A DNA stretch of 64,000 nt from a virus (IMGVR_UViG_3300021400_000034:128001-192000); one strand, 5' to 3'. Shown: positions 24,026 to 34,515, counted from the stretch's first letter. The notes: generated by a model not told the origin, from the letters alone. A program made the numbers and translations.

Positions 24026-24226
24026 ATGAAAGTCATCAAGAACCCAGACTGGACCGAAGAACAGATCAAAGAATTCGAAGAAAAGATCAAGAACAACGAC
24101 GGATATTGCCCGTGCGCAATCGCTAAGACAAAAGACACCAAGTGCATGTGTTTAGAATTCCGTGAGCAGATCAAGGCTAAGCAGCCAGGCTTGTGCCATT
24201 GTCAATTGCATAAACTAATAGTGTAA
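24026..24226 (+). CDS. Ferredoxin-thioredoxin reductase catalytic-subunit-like protein
   Basis: GYCPC...CMC...CHCQL. Confidence 0.75.
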   Translation: MKVIKNPDWTEEQIKEFEEKIKNNDGYCPCAIAKTKDTKCMCLEFREQIKAKQPGLCHCQLHKLIV

Positions 24227-24948
24227 TGAGCATAGATGATGTACTAGTTCTCCCGTCAGACTGGACAGTGCTTGAGCGCTGCCGTTTTAAGCCTGAGAGC
24301 ATAGACGACGTTGTCTTAGAGATAGCAGAGTACATTCTCGAAGATTCTCAAGGCTACCAGCTGCAGAATCAGATAGACGACGCTGAGAACTTCAAGATGC
24401 ACGGCGATGCTTACAACACTAGGATCTACTTCATACTAGCATCTTGTCGTCTTCTGTGGGATGAGGAGATGATCCGGAAGGCCGTCAAAGAGTTCTTCAC
24501 TGTCCAGAACACTCCTATGGGCGTCAAGGGGGATGGCTTAGGAAACTATGACGCTGAGCAGCTGCTGGAGTACATCGCCAGGATGACGAAAGCCGTCATG
24601 ACTAGCCCAGATGTCGACAAAGTCTGTGAGTATCTCTTCAACTACTACATGAACAAGTCTATCTGCTCAGATCCTTATTACATGAAGACCCAGAAGCTGA
24701 CGAGAATGAGAATTCTTCGAGGACGAAAGCTTGACTTGGACTACAATCACAGCACTGTAGAGCTAGTCGTTCCTGAGGCTAAGATTCAGAAGACTACACT
24801 CATTGTCCAAGAAGAAAAAGACGTAGATGACAACGAAGCGCTAGTCGACACGAAAGATCGAATCGATCCAACCACCGAAAAGTGGATGTCAGTGAACGAT
24901 GACCAAGACGAAGTCCGTGAAGACTGGAACAAAATCCTAGGAAAGTAA
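24226..24948 (+). CDS. Hypothetical protein
   Basis: Long ORF. Confidence 0.7.
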   Translation: MSIDDVLVLPSDWTVLERCRFKPESIDDVVLEIAEYILEDSQGYQLQNQIDDAENFKMHGDAYNTRIYFILASCRLLWDEEMIRKAVKEFFTVQNTPMGVKGDGLGNYDAEQLLEYIARMTKAVMTSPDVDKVCEYLFNYYMNKSICSDPYYMKTQKLTRMRILRGRKLDLDYNHSTVELVVPEAKIQKTTLIVQEEKDVDDNEALVDTKDRIDPTTEKWMSVNDDQDEVREDWNKILGK

Positions 24949-24951
24949 CTG

Positions 24952-25326
24952 ATGAAGAAGATTCCGCTAAAGCTATACAAAGAGTTCGTAGAAGAGAATG
25001 GACTTGAATCGAAGCTGGAGAAGTGGGCTAAGAAGCGTAATACATCTAACAACGCTAAGCCAAAGATCGAACTTGGCAAAGAGGTAGATAGGCGTTGCTT
25101 AGAAGTTGGTCACGCTTACTGGACTGGCGAGATCGATAAATGTGGTCCCGAAGCATGGATCTATGCCTCCTCAGGTCACTTGACATGTTTCGGAACTTTC
25201 ATCAATCCGATATGGGCAAAGAAGTGCAACGAGATCTCGATTGAAGACTACAATAAGTATGTCGAGTACTGGATCAAGAAGCGATACGGCAAGAAATACT
25301 ACGACGAGCTACACAGAGAAGAGTAA
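24952..25326 (+). CDS. Hypothetical protein
   Basis: ORF. Confidence 0.6.
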   Translation: MKKIPLKLYKEFVEENGLESKLEKWAKKRNTSNNAKPKIELGKEVDRRCLEVGHAYWTGEIDKCGPEAWIYASSGHLTCFGTFINPIWAKKCNEISIEDYNKYVEYWIKKRYGKKYYDELHREE

Positions 25327-25414
25327 TAAAATCAAGAAAATCTCAATTTAGGGGTTTACATTTCTCCGCAAAATACCTATATTGTTAATATAAACTTAAA
25401 CAAGGACCTAACTC

Positions 25415-26515
25415 ATGGACAAGAACCAGATCCGCGAACTCCTCCTCACTGCCGCTCAGGCATACTACAACGGCGACGAAATCATGAGCGACGCTGAATA
25501 TGACGCTCTCATCAACAAGCTCAAGGAAATCGATCCGAACGATCCGCTCTGCGCCAACGGCATGGCTGCTGCCGACAGCTGCGGCAACGAGAAGAAGATC
25601 CAGCACGACATGACCACTGGAACCCTCTCCAAGTGCGCTAACCTCGAAGAACTCCGCGAATGGGCCGCTAAGAAGAACCTCAAAGAACGCTACAGCCTCG
25701 AACTCAAGATCGACGGATCCAGCATGGAGCTCCAGTTCATCAACGGTCAGTTCGTCAAGGCTATCACTCGCGGCGATGGCGCTACTGGCCTCGATCGCAC
25801 CGCTACTCTCAACCTCATGAACTTCCCGAAGTCAATCGATCCGTCCTTCACTGGCTCTATTCGCGCCGAGATGGTCATCTACAACTCCGACTTCAAGGCT
25901 CGCTTCGCTACTAAGAACGCTAACCCGCGCAACGCTGTCGCTGGCATCATCAACCGCAAGTTCGAAACCCTCTCCGCCGAAGACAAGAACGATCTCCAGT
26001 TCATTCACGCCATCTGCTACGACGTGAAAGATGAACGCAGCTTCGACACTCAGACCAAGCTCATGGCTTGGCTCGAAACCAACGGCTTCGAAGTCTCTCC
26101 ACACATCACCGTCGAAGGCGTCGATATGCTCTCCAAGGCTAACGATCTTCGCGAACATCTTCGCGAACGCATCGCTAACGGCGAAATCAAGTTCAACTGC
26201 GACGGCGTCGTCATCAAGGCCGACATCATCGACCGAGCAGACCGTCAGCTCAAGACTCCTAAGCACGACGTGGCTCTCAAGCCAGAACTCGAGACCGCTG
26301 TCTCTGAGATCGTCGACATCGTCTGGGAAATGGCTGGCTCCACTCTCAACCCGGTAGCCGTCATCAAGCCCGTCCAGCTGGAAGGAACGACTGTCACTCG
26401 CGCCTCTCTGTCCAACCTCGCCAAGATGATGGATCTCGGCGTCGAGATAGGCAAACTCGCTGTCGTCAGCAAACATGGACAAATCATACCCATGATCGAC
26501 AAGGTTCTCGCTTAA
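25415..26515 (+). CDS. ligA: NAD-dependent DNA ligase, N-terminal part (Ia, adenylation, OB)
   Basis: AYYNG...SDAEYD, ELKIDG, TRGDG, NPRNA.AG, DGVVIK, PV.L.GTTVTRASL, IIP; ends after the OB fold. Confidence 0.9.
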   Translation: MDKNQIRELLLTAAQAYYNGDEIMSDAEYDALINKLKEIDPNDPLCANGMAAADSCGNEKKIQHDMTTGTLSKCANLEELREWAAKKNLKERYSLELKIDGSSMELQFINGQFVKAITRGDGATGLDRTATLNLMNFPKSIDPSFTGSIRAEMVIYNSDFKARFATKNANPRNAVAGIINRKFETLSAEDKNDLQFIHAICYDVKDERSFDTQTKLMAWLETNGFEVSPHITVEGVDMLSKANDLREHLRERIANGEIKFNCDGVVIKADIIDRADRQLKTPKHDVALKPELETAVSEIVDIVWEMAGSTLNPVAVIKPVQLEGTTVTRASLSNLAKMMDLGVEIGKLAVVSKHGQIIPMIDKVLA

Positions 26516-26528
26516 CTCGGAGGAAACT

Positions 26529-26804
26529 ATGAACGAATATCAGAGAAACTGCAAACGTCGCTTGGAAGGAATCCTCCAGACCAAGGCGGTTCCCGTCCAC
26601 AAAGTATCTCACGGATCCTTGAACGGATCGAGCAGCTACTGCTTCGTTCTTGAGCCGTGGGCCTCTAAGCTCGATCTGGTCGAGATCTCCTCTAGCTCAC
26701 AGAAGTGCTTCAGGAAGGCGACCGTCAAGCTGGGCAAAGGCGCTCATCCGACTTATGCTCCAGAGTTGAACTTCCCGACGATCTACCTCACTTTCGACAA
26801 GTAA
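26529..26804 (+). CDS. Hypothetical protein
   Basis: GGAGG SD. Confidence 0.6.
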   Translation: MNEYQRNCKRRLEGILQTKAVPVHKVSHGSLNGSSSYCFVLEPWASKLDLVEISSSSQKCFRKATVKLGKGAHPTYAPELNFPTIYLTFDK

Positions 26805-26815
26805 GGAGTATATGG

Positions 26816-27199
26816 ATGTATAACTATTTCATAGGTGGAGAACAGTACAAATACGCTGGACGTCCAGTAGTAGTCACTATTCCTTATGGAAATCCTCTAT
26901 ACGAACTTCACATCACTGATGACAAATATATCTCCGAGAACAAGATAAAGCTGTCTAAGAAGCTGTTTGAGCTTTTCGGAATTCACATCGACTGGAACAC
27001 CTATCAGGTGAGGTCAAAAGGCCAATTGTGCTGGGCTAGCTCTTGTGTGAATTACTGGGATCCAGGAGATGATCTAGACAAGATAGCCGTACATATTCTA
27101 AACTTTCACAGACCTTTGAAGTCCTATTTGAAAAAGAAGGCGAAGCTAGAGCTCGTAAAAGATACCGGAACATGGCTTCATATAGATGGAGATCTATAG
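26816..27199 (+). CDS. Hypothetical protein
   Basis: AAGGAG SD before ATG 26816. Confidence 0.6.
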   Translation: MYNYFIGGEQYKYAGRPVVVTIPYGNPLYELHITDDKYISENKIKLSKKLFELFGIHIDWNTYQVRSKGQLCWASSCVNYWDPGDDLDKIAVHILNFHRPLKSYLKKKAKLELVKDTGTWLHIDGDL

Positions 27200-27297
27200 A
27201 AGTAGGTAACTAAATCTTTACACTAAAGAGCCGAGAGAAAAATTCTCGGCTCTCTTTTTGTCTAAATTTGCATAGAACAGAATCCTATGAGGAACTT

Positions 27298-28035
27298 ATG
27301 AAAGAAGAAAAACTAGAGTACAACAAGAGCTACATCGATGCAGTCGACAGTCTCTCCGCCGTGAACCACCGTATCCTGATGTCTAAGGAAGGCGACAAGG
27401 TGACTATCAAAGCTAACAACCTGCCGTCCAATTTCTGCTACATTCTCCAGGCTCCGACGAGCTTCTTCGGAATGCCAGTCGACAAGATCGGTCTCGTTGA
27501 CTTCACGCGCTTCAAGAAGTTCTATGAAGCTATGTCGACGAAGACGGTCTCTGCTAACCTGTCTCTCAACATCGACGATGACGGATCTGCAGTGGATATG
27601 CTCTTCAAGAACGAGACCCGCTCCGACACGCTCACTCTGAGACTCGGCGACACTTCTCTTCCGACATTCGACGCTTCCTTCAACGAGCTCGCTGAGCACC
27701 AGCAGGACGTCGTTGCTGAGTTCGACGAAGAGACGATCGACCAGCTCCAGAGAAAGATCTCTCTGATCGGCGCAGACTACATCGACGTGATCGCTAACGA
27801 CAACGTCCTTAACTTCTGCATCTACACGATGAGATCTGCTGACCGTGCTGACTATCCGGTCTTCTTGAGCCAGCCGTCAACCAAGAGCTTCAAGCTCAAG
27901 TTCACTGCTGAGACGCTCAACCTTCTTCCGAAGGGAAAGTACAAGATCGAGATCGACGCTGACGGATGCCTCTACATGAAGCAGATCCGTGAAGACGAGA
28001 TCTCCGTCGAGATCATGCTGCTCGCGGAGGAATAA
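27298..28035 (+). CDS. Sliding clamp (gp45-like)
   Basis: Size, S.VN..I / IG..D...F / LP.G.Y.I.I pattern, near the clamp loader. Confidence 0.65.
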   Translation: MKEEKLEYNKSYIDAVDSLSAVNHRILMSKEGDKVTIKANNLPSNFCYILQAPTSFFGMPVDKIGLVDFTRFKKFYEAMSTKTVSANLSLNIDDDGSAVDMLFKNETRSDTLTLRLGDTSLPTFDASFNELAEHQQDVVAEFDEETIDQLQRKISLIGADYIDVIANDNVLNFCIYTMRSADRADYPVFLSQPSTKSFKLKFTAETLNLLPKGKYKIEIDADGCLYMKQIREDEISVEIMLLAEE

Positions 28036-28382
28036 TGAACTTCCAGAATCCATCATTCACAACGATTGACGATCCTATCGAGAACTTCACTGGCCTGAAC
28101 AAGCCAGACGCTGTCGCTACAGACGAAGAAGCCGCTGGAGTAGAATATCTCAAGTCGCTGTCTCCGCTAGAGAAGCTCCGTCTCGGCTACCAGATTCTCG
28201 GCGTCCAGATCAATGATCCGAAGTCTGACTGCCAGCGCTGCCACGGCAAAGGCTACGTCTCGATCAATCCTGACACTAGCGAGCCGAGAGCCTGTCCTTG
28301 CATTCTTCCACCAGAGATGCACAACGGCAACAGAGCTGAGCGCAGAGCCGCCGCTAGAGCTGCACGCAAGATGAAGTTCTAA
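28035..28382 (+). CDS. Zn-finger hypothetical protein
   Basis: CQRCHGKG...CPC. Confidence 0.6.
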   Translation: MNFQNPSFTTIDDPIENFTGLNKPDAVATDEEAAGVEYLKSLSPLEKLRLGYQILGVQINDPKSDCQRCHGKGYVSINPDTSEPRACPCILPPEMHNGNRAERRAAARAARKMKF

Positions 28383-28449
28383 ACGAAAAATCACCGTCTC
28401 CCTGAATTAGTATATTTTCAGGGAGACATATTTGTAGAAGGAATTGAGT

Positions 28450-29373
28450 ATGAACAAGAACTGTTCCAAGTGGGTAGAGAAATACCGTCCTGACCATGTC
28501 AAAGACGTCATCCTTCCCAAGACCGAGAGAAGATTCTTCGACGAGATCGTGAAGACGAAAGAAGTTCCGAACTTGATGCTGTACAGCGCAAAGGGAAGAG
28601 GAAAGACTTCTGTCGCCCTCGCGCTCATCAACGATCTCGACGCTCAGGTGTTCAAGATAAACGCTTCGATGGAAGGAAAGATCGAGCTGCTCCGTGAAGA
28701 CCTGTCCAAGTTCGCTAGAACGAAGAACCCGAAGAAGACGCCGAAGATCGTCTTCCTAGACGAGTTCGACATGTGCTCCGCTAAGTTCCAAGGCGCTCTG
28801 AGAAACTTGATCGAAGAGACTGCTCAGGGCTGCAGCTACATCATGACCTGCAACTTCCCGATGAACGTGATCGACGCTCTCAAGGAAGGAAGAACGATGG
28901 AACTCGACTTCAACTTCAACGATCCGAAAAAGCAGCAAGAGATGAAGGACCAGATCCTCGTTCGAGCCATCGGAATTCTGAAGCACGAAGGAGTCGAATA
29001 CGACGAAGCCGTCGTGAAGGAGCTCGTGGAGCGCTACGGCACTTCTATCCGTGAGCTGTACTCGATGCTCCAGAAGTACTACAAGCTCTACGGAAAGATC
29101 GACGCTAACATTCTCAAGTTCTCTCAAGTGGACGAGAAGCTCATCGACCTGCTCAAGGAGAAGAAGGTCTCTGAGGCGAGAACGCTGATCAACCAGAAGG
29201 GCTGGTCCGACGTGGACGTCTACCGGTTCTTGTTTGACAAGTACGTCCCGACCTGCCAGAAGAAGGGAAGCGCGATTCTGACCATCGCTCAGTACGAGGG
29301 AATCGGCGCTACCTCTAGACTTCCAGACATTCAGCTCGCTGCGTGTCTCATCTCTCTCATAGGACTTGAATAA
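28450..29373 (+). CDS. Clamp loader large subunit (gp44/RFC)
   Basis: WVEKYRP, GRGKTS, INAS, LDEFD. Confidence 0.92.
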   Translation: MNKNCSKWVEKYRPDHVKDVILPKTERRFFDEIVKTKEVPNLMLYSAKGRGKTSVALALINDLDAQVFKINASMEGKIELLREDLSKFARTKNPKKTPKIVFLDEFDMCSAKFQGALRNLIEETAQGCSYIMTCNFPMNVIDALKEGRTMELDFNFNDPKKQQEMKDQILVRAIGILKHEGVEYDEAVVKELVERYGTSIRELYSMLQKYYKLYGKIDANILKFSQVDEKLIDLLKEKKVSEARTLINQKGWSDVDVYRFLFDKYVPTCQKKGSAILTIAQYEGIGATSRLPDIQLAACLISLIGLE

Positions 29374-30065
29374 TGCTAGACAGCCAGAAGATGGGAGCGC
29401 ACGAGTTCATCGTAGGGTTCAAGCACGGACTCTACGTCTGCGTATCTGACACCTGCCAGCTCTGCATGGACTACAAGCAGGACTTGAAGACCGTCGACAG
29501 CCATCACCTGAGGCTCGTCGAGGTCTCTACGGACGATCAGAAGAAGGCTATCTACCAGATCGCAGGAAGGACGGCTTTTCCTATCACGATGGGATTCTGG
29601 AAGAACGAGCTCAAGTTCGTCAAGCTCGGACAGCTGTTCGGCGATGATCTGAGCAGAGCTTTGAAGTTTCTTGAGAGATTCCCTAAGGATCCTTTCACGC
29701 CAGAGGAGCTCGCTATGCTCCAAAAGGACGTGTATAAGCGGTGCAAGCTAGCCTACTATGTGTTTCCTCCGGGTACTGGAAAAGAAGCACGTATGGCCGC
29801 TCTAAACGCCGCTTTTGAGCATGATGAGCTGCCTATGGACGTCGATGAGCAGCCAGGACTGCCTGTCGGATCCGAAGACCGGGTCAAAGCGCTATCCGGA
29901 ATGCTCGCTCACGCGAAGTTAGTTATATTTGACATATTCAAGACGGCCGAATACTCAGAAGTCGCGACTAAGCTCATCGCGAAGTTCATGGAGGACAAAG
30001 ACTATGGCGAAACGACAGTCGAGCATCGCACTCTTCAGAAAGCAGCTCAAGCTCAACAATCCTGA
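29373..30065 (+). CDS. Thioredoxin-like fold protein
   Basis: CQLC and FP motif. Confidence 0.45.
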   Translation: MLDSQKMGAHEFIVGFKHGLYVCVSDTCQLCMDYKQDLKTVDSHHLRLVEVSTDDQKKAIYQIAGRTAFPITMGFWKNELKFVKLGQLFGDDLSRALKFLERFPKDPFTPEELAMLQKDVYKRCKLAYYVFPPGTGKEARMAALNAAFEHDELPMDVDEQPGLPVGSEDRVKALSGMLAHAKLVIFDIFKTAEYSEVATKLIAKFMEDKDYGETTVEHRTLQKAAQAQQS

Positions 30066-30516
30066 TGCGCCCAAAGAAGAGCCAAAGAAGAAGAAAAAGT
30101 CTCCGCTGTTCAGTCTGATCGACCACATGAGCGGAGATAAGTGCCCATGGGATCAGCTCACAGACGACGAGAGAAACGCGATGAACCAGTGGCTCATCTT
30201 GCGGTGGCTGTCCACTTACGAGGAGTATGTCCCTATCTTCGCTATCATCTCTACGATGGAGTTCACAGACAAGGACTTCTACGAGCTCATGTGCGTCACC
30301 CTGAAGCGACAGAAGCACTACTTCACGAGCAAGATCTACAAGAAGATCGAAGAGCCAGACGAGATTCTACTGAACTGCATCATGAAGGAGTACTTCTACA
30401 CCGTCGAGAAGGCTCGTGACTACATGGAAGACCTCGATCAGTCCGAGATCGACTATCTCAAGAGGCGCTGGGGCGACATCGTCGAGGAAGAGCTCGCTGA
30501 ATCGAAGAAGCGTTAG
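30004..30516 (+). CDS. Clamp loader small subunit (gp62-like)
   Basis: PLF..I...W.I.RWLS...EYF.....A..Y pattern. Confidence 0.6.
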   Translation: MAKRQSSIALFRKQLKLNNPDAPKEEPKKKKKSPLFSLIDHMSGDKCPWDQLTDDERNAMNQWLILRWLSTYEEYVPIFAIISTMEFTDKDFYELMCVTLKRQKHYFTSKIYKKIEEPDEILLNCIMKEYFYTVEKARDYMEDLDQSEIDYLKRRWGDIVEEELAESKKR

Positions 30517-30548
30517 GTATAAATAGAATAAAAAGAGAGGAATCCCAA

Positions 30549-30683
30549 ATGAAGTTTCTAACGGCTTATCAGCTTCTTGAATCTACCGGAATGTTCAAAA
30601 TTGAGCCGATCAGCGAAGCTATGATCGACAAAAAGAAAGAAGAGAAGGAAGACGACCAGAAGGTCGCGAAAGACGAAAAGTAA
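30549..30683 (+). CDS. Small late protein
   Basis: Late promoter 30518, GAGG SD, 44 aa. Confidence 0.5.
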   Translation: MKFLTAYQLLESTGMFKIEPISEAMIDKKKEEKEDDQKVAKDEK

Positions 30684-32173
30684 TGGAGGCTAAAGTGATA
30701 GTAGGCTTCAAAGACTTTCTAGTGACCGAAGCTAAGGTCGCTCCTAAGAATACGGATCGCACTGCAGACACTATCGTCCGCTATTTCAACAGCAAGCTAA
30801 AGAGATCATACGTCTTGATGGACGTCTTCGAAGGAATCAAGGGCGACAACAAGATACTTCAGGCTGTGTATATCGATCCGAGCGGTTCTGCTCTCGGAAT
30901 CAACTTCAAGACGAGCGGAGAATTCCTGTCTATCTCTTACTGGAACAAGTTCAAGATGAACTCTGACGGTCGTTGGGGAAATCCAGACAAGGAGATCAAG
31001 TTCTCTTCTTCAGAGTCGTTCGCTAAAGTTCTTCCTGCAGCAATCGACGAGCTCACTGGAGTGAAAGAGTCAGTCAGAGTAGACGAAGTTCTGAACACTT
31101 ACAAGTACAACGGAGTCACATACAACGGAAAGCGTGACACGGCTCTCGCTATGAAGAGCAACGGCGAGAGCGACTACCGCATCATGCAGATGCTCAACAT
31201 TCCGGCTAACAAGCTCAGAAAGTTCATCGAAGGAACTAACGCTGCTGAGGCAGGAGAAGACGGAACGTTCGAGATCACTGCTGGCGAGCCGCAGAGGATG
31301 GCTGAGAGAGACGACGTGAGCAACGCCGTGAAGCTATTCGAGGAGACTGAGTACGCTGATCCAGCCGTCGTGTTTGACCAGCTAGACGTTCTCGTGAAGA
31401 GCGTAGGAGAAGGTGTCAACCCAGCTCTGATCATCACAGGTCAGGGAGGCATCGGAAAGTCGTTCGGAGTAGGAAGGGTTCTCAAGGAAGTTCTAGGTCT
31501 CGTCAAGGGCGAAGACTACGTGATCATGAAGGGCTCTAACTCTTCATACGCTATGTACCGCTTCCTCTACAACAACTACAACAAGACTATAATCTTCGAC
31601 GACTGCGACTCAGTCTTCGGCGACAAAGACTCTCTGAACGTCCTGAAGGCCGTGCTAGACTCTGGCGCAGAGAGAATCGTATCTTGGGACACGGCTGGAA
31701 CAGTTCCTGTGAAGACTGGAATGAGCCACGAGCAGATCGAGCAGGAGCTCGCTGCGTACTCTGCCGCTCACGGAAACAAGCCAGTGATTCCTTCTCAGTT
31801 CGAGTTCGAAGGATCTATCATATTCATCTCGAACATGACCCGCAAGCAGATCGAAGCTAAAGACGCTGCTCTCTTGACCCGCTGTCTGTCTATCGACATC
31901 ACGCTGAGCCAAGAAGACACGATCAACCGAATCAAGACTTGTCTGCCAGGAATCAGATACTACGCTGCGAAGAAGGTCGAAGGACGTCCAGTAGACATAA
32001 CGAACGAAGAAGACAAGCGAGAAGTGATGGAGTACATGATGGGAACTGAGTTCAGGTCTATCTTGTCCCGCAAGTCGCAGGCGCAGGTCTCCTTCAGAAC
32101 GCTCATCAACTTGTGCAAGCTCAAAGCATCTGATCCAGTCAACTGGAAGTCGTGCGCTGAGCTGGCTATCTAG
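30683..32173 (+). CDS. P-loop AAA-type ATPase
   Basis: GQGGIGKS, IFDDCD, FISN. Confidence 0.8.
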   Translation: MEAKVIVGFKDFLVTEAKVAPKNTDRTADTIVRYFNSKLKRSYVLMDVFEGIKGDNKILQAVYIDPSGSALGINFKTSGEFLSISYWNKFKMNSDGRWGNPDKEIKFSSSESFAKVLPAAIDELTGVKESVRVDEVLNTYKYNGVTYNGKRDTALAMKSNGESDYRIMQMLNIPANKLRKFIEGTNAAEAGEDGTFEITAGEPQRMAERDDVSNAVKLFEETEYADPAVVFDQLDVLVKSVGEGVNPALIITGQGGIGKSFGVGRVLKEVLGLVKGEDYVIMKGSNSSYAMYRFLYNNYNKTIIFDDCDSVFGDKDSLNVLKAVLDSGAERIVSWDTAGTVPVKTGMSHEQIEQELAAYSAAHGNKPVIPSQFEFEGSIIFISNMTRKQIEAKDAALLTRCLSIDITLSQEDTINRIKTCLPGIRYYAAKKVEGRPVDITNEEDKREVMEYMMGTEFRSILSRKSQAQVSFRTLINLCKLKASDPVNWKSCAELAI

Positions 32174-32183
32174 AGGAGAGTCT

Positions 32184-32465
32184 ATGAAAGAGAAGATGAC
32201 ACTGAAAGAAGCTCTCAGCACTCTAAGATGCGAAGGCATACACTTCACGTATGACGAGATCAACCAGGCGTTCGACGAAGAGTCCAGGCTGTCTAACTTT
32301 CCGGAGTATCTATACGAAGTCAGGGAGATGCTCGTTCGAAAGGGATTCAGCCGAGGAAAGCAAGCTGACAACTACGAAGAGCTGAGAGACATCGCTCACC
32401 GATGCTGCAGACTAGGAAAGAGCAAAGAAGACTGCGTTGCCGAGATAAAGGCAGCTATCAAGTAG
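32184..32465 (+). CDS. Hypothetical protein
   Basis: GAGGAG SD. Confidence 0.6.
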   Translation: MKEKMTLKEALSTLRCEGIHFTYDEINQAFDEESRLSNFPEYLYEVREMLVRKGFSRGKQADNYEELRDIAHRCCRLGKSKEDCVAEIKAAIK

Positions 32466-32487
32466 AGAACTGATACCAATAGGAACT

Positions 32488-33336
32488 ATGAAAGGCTACT
32501 TCATTAACGATCTACACATAGACAAGTGGGTGAAGACGCAGTCTTCGTTCGCTAACACTGCTCAGTACAAGAAGCTGCTAGAGAAGTGGTGCATTCCGGC
32601 AGACTGCCTCTTCATCGCTGGAGACGTAGCCTGCAGCGTCAACTCGATCTACTCGACATTCAAGGTTCTCTCTGAGATGTATGACCACATCTTCTACGTC
32701 TACGGCAATCACGAGATGAGACTGAACGATGAAGATCGTCAGAGAAACCTCGACACTTACAGCAAGCGCGAGAGGATCGAGACGTTCCTGCACACCGCTA
32801 CCTTCGACGAGCGAAAGAAGAAGGACATGCTCACTATCCTGAAGGGCAACGAGAAGTTCCACGAAGGAATCAGAGTCATCGGCGGCATGTGCTACGCTGA
32901 CGCTATGATCTCGGATGATCCTAATGCTGCAGAAGAGAAGTGGAAGTCTAGCGGAGACAGCCAGAACTTCGACCTAGGATGGTCGGCTGATCTGTTCGAG
33001 ATCGCAAACTACGAGAATGAGGCTGTGGCGAAAGTAGCGAGCACGATCGACTCTGTCGTCATGACACACTTCGGTCCTCACCAGCTCGTCGAAATCGATC
33101 CAGAGCTCAAAGCTAATGGACTAGACTACGGTCTGAGCACTTTCGACGGCGAGAAGATCATAAACAAGCTGAGCTCAGACCTGACGATCTGGCACTACGG
33201 TCATCTGCACGACCAGACTAAGAAGGAGTACCGCGTCAACGGAAAGACGATCCTGGCTCTCAACAACTCGGTAGGAAGTCCAGACAAGCCGACAAAGCAC
33301 AAGCTCGACAAGTCCGAATTTCTCATCACTCTATAA
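32488..33336 (+). CDS. Metallophosphoesterase
   Basis: DLH, AGD, GNHE, THF.P, GHLH. Confidence 0.88.
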   Translation: MKGYFINDLHIDKWVKTQSSFANTAQYKKLLEKWCIPADCLFIAGDVACSVNSIYSTFKVLSEMYDHIFYVYGNHEMRLNDEDRQRNLDTYSKRERIETFLHTATFDERKKKDMLTILKGNEKFHEGIRVIGGMCYADAMISDDPNAAEEKWKSSGDSQNFDLGWSADLFEIANYENEAVAKVASTIDSVVMTHFGPHQLVEIDPELKANGLDYGLSTFDGEKIINKLSSDLTIWHYGHLHDQTKKEYRVNGKTILALNNSVGSPDKPTKHKLDKSEFLITL

Positions 33337-33371
33337 ATTCTATATTCAGAAAACTACTATAGGAGTCAACT

Positions 33372-33743
33372 ATGATCATCGTAGACGACAAGATTGCAAT
33401 CGAAGTTCCCAAGAAGACCCAGATCAAGGGCATCTACATCCCAGAAGAGCACAAGACTATCGGCCTAGTCGAAGGCACAGTCATCAAGACCGGTCCAGGA
33501 CGCTACTATCCTGACGGCCAGCGCAGACCTCCTAACGTGAAGGTCGGCGACCGAGTGATCATCAACAATATCGCTGCTCTCCATCTCAACTACGAGAAGG
33601 ACGGCGAGAAGAAGGATGTCTGGGTCTGCAAGGAACCAGAGATCATCATGGTGCTAGAAGATGGCGAACACGCTGACGAGTTCCTCGAGAACGTGAGCGA
33701 GCAGGCCAACGGAATGTCTAGATCTGGCATGTTCGGGATCTAA
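33372..33743 (+). CDS. groES: GroES-like co-chaperonin
   Basis: GIYIP, GTVIKTGPG, VKVGDRV. Confidence 0.8.
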   Translation: MIIVDDKIAIEVPKKTQIKGIYIPEEHKTIGLVEGTVIKTGPGRYYPDGQRRPPNVKVGDRVIINNIAALHLNYEKDGEKKDVWVCKEPEIIMVLEDGEHADEFLENVSEQANGMSRSGMFGI

Positions 33744-33745
33744 TC

Positions 33746-34048
33746 ATGAAGAAGAAGTATGTCATATCGACGCTGATCGTCGTGTCTCTATACCTCGCGG
33801 TCGTCGCTGGCTGCGGGCTGTTCGGAGACACTGCGGCTAGCTTCATCAGAATGATCACGCCATACTTCTTCGCTACTCTCGGTCTGGCTCTAGCGATCAT
33901 CGTGCCTTACAGAGTCATGTGGGCGCTCGACCGCAACGCCGAGATCAAGAGAAAGATCGAGGAAGAGAGACGAATGGCTATGGCTGCAGCTAGGAACAAG
34001 AAGATGGTACAGGCTGCTAAGAAGTTCGACATGGAGAACATGGTATAA
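33746..34048 (+). CDS. Membrane protein
   Basis: Two hydrophobic segments. Confidence 0.6.
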   Translation: MKKKYVISTLIVVSLYLAVVAGCGLFGDTAASFIRMITPYFFATLGLALAIIVPYRVMWALDRNAEIKRKIEEERRMAMAAARNKKMVQAAKKFDMENMV

Positions 34049-34515
34049 TGACCGACAACGTAAATCACCCGAAACACTACACCAACAGCAAGACTGGAAT
34101 TGAAGTCATCGAAGTGACCAGTCTTCTCAACTTCGACTTGGGAAACGCATTCAAGTACCTAGCACGCTACAAGACTAAGAAAGATCCTGCGGAAGACGTC
34201 AACAAGGCAGTCTGGTATCTCAACCACTACGCTACTCATCTCAACAGCATCGACCGCATCACTGTCGTGGACGACATGCTGAATCTGAGAGAGCTTCTCC
34301 GCAAGATGGAGAAGTTCGTAGGGGTCGAAGATGTGCCGTGCATCAAGCGCGCCCTATTGACTATCACTCAGACGGCTCAGGCTGAAGATGAGCTCTGCAA
34401 TCCTGAAGAAGATCTGCCTCTGCTTCGCGCTGATGAATGGAAGATCACGATCAAGGAACTGAAAGACTACGCTGAGCGGATCAAGGGCATGAAGCCAGAG
34501 GACTTCAATGGCTAA
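34048..34515 (+). CDS. DUF3310/SaV-like protein
   Basis: DNVNHPKHY...GNAFKYL.R...ED..KA.WYL. Confidence 0.8.
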   Translation: MTDNVNHPKHYTNSKTGIEVIEVTSLLNFDLGNAFKYLARYKTKKDPAEDVNKAVWYLNHYATHLNSIDRITVVDDMLNLRELLRKMEKFVGVEDVPCIKRALLTITQTAQAEDELCNPEEDLPLLRADEWKITIKELKDYAERIKGMKPEDFNG

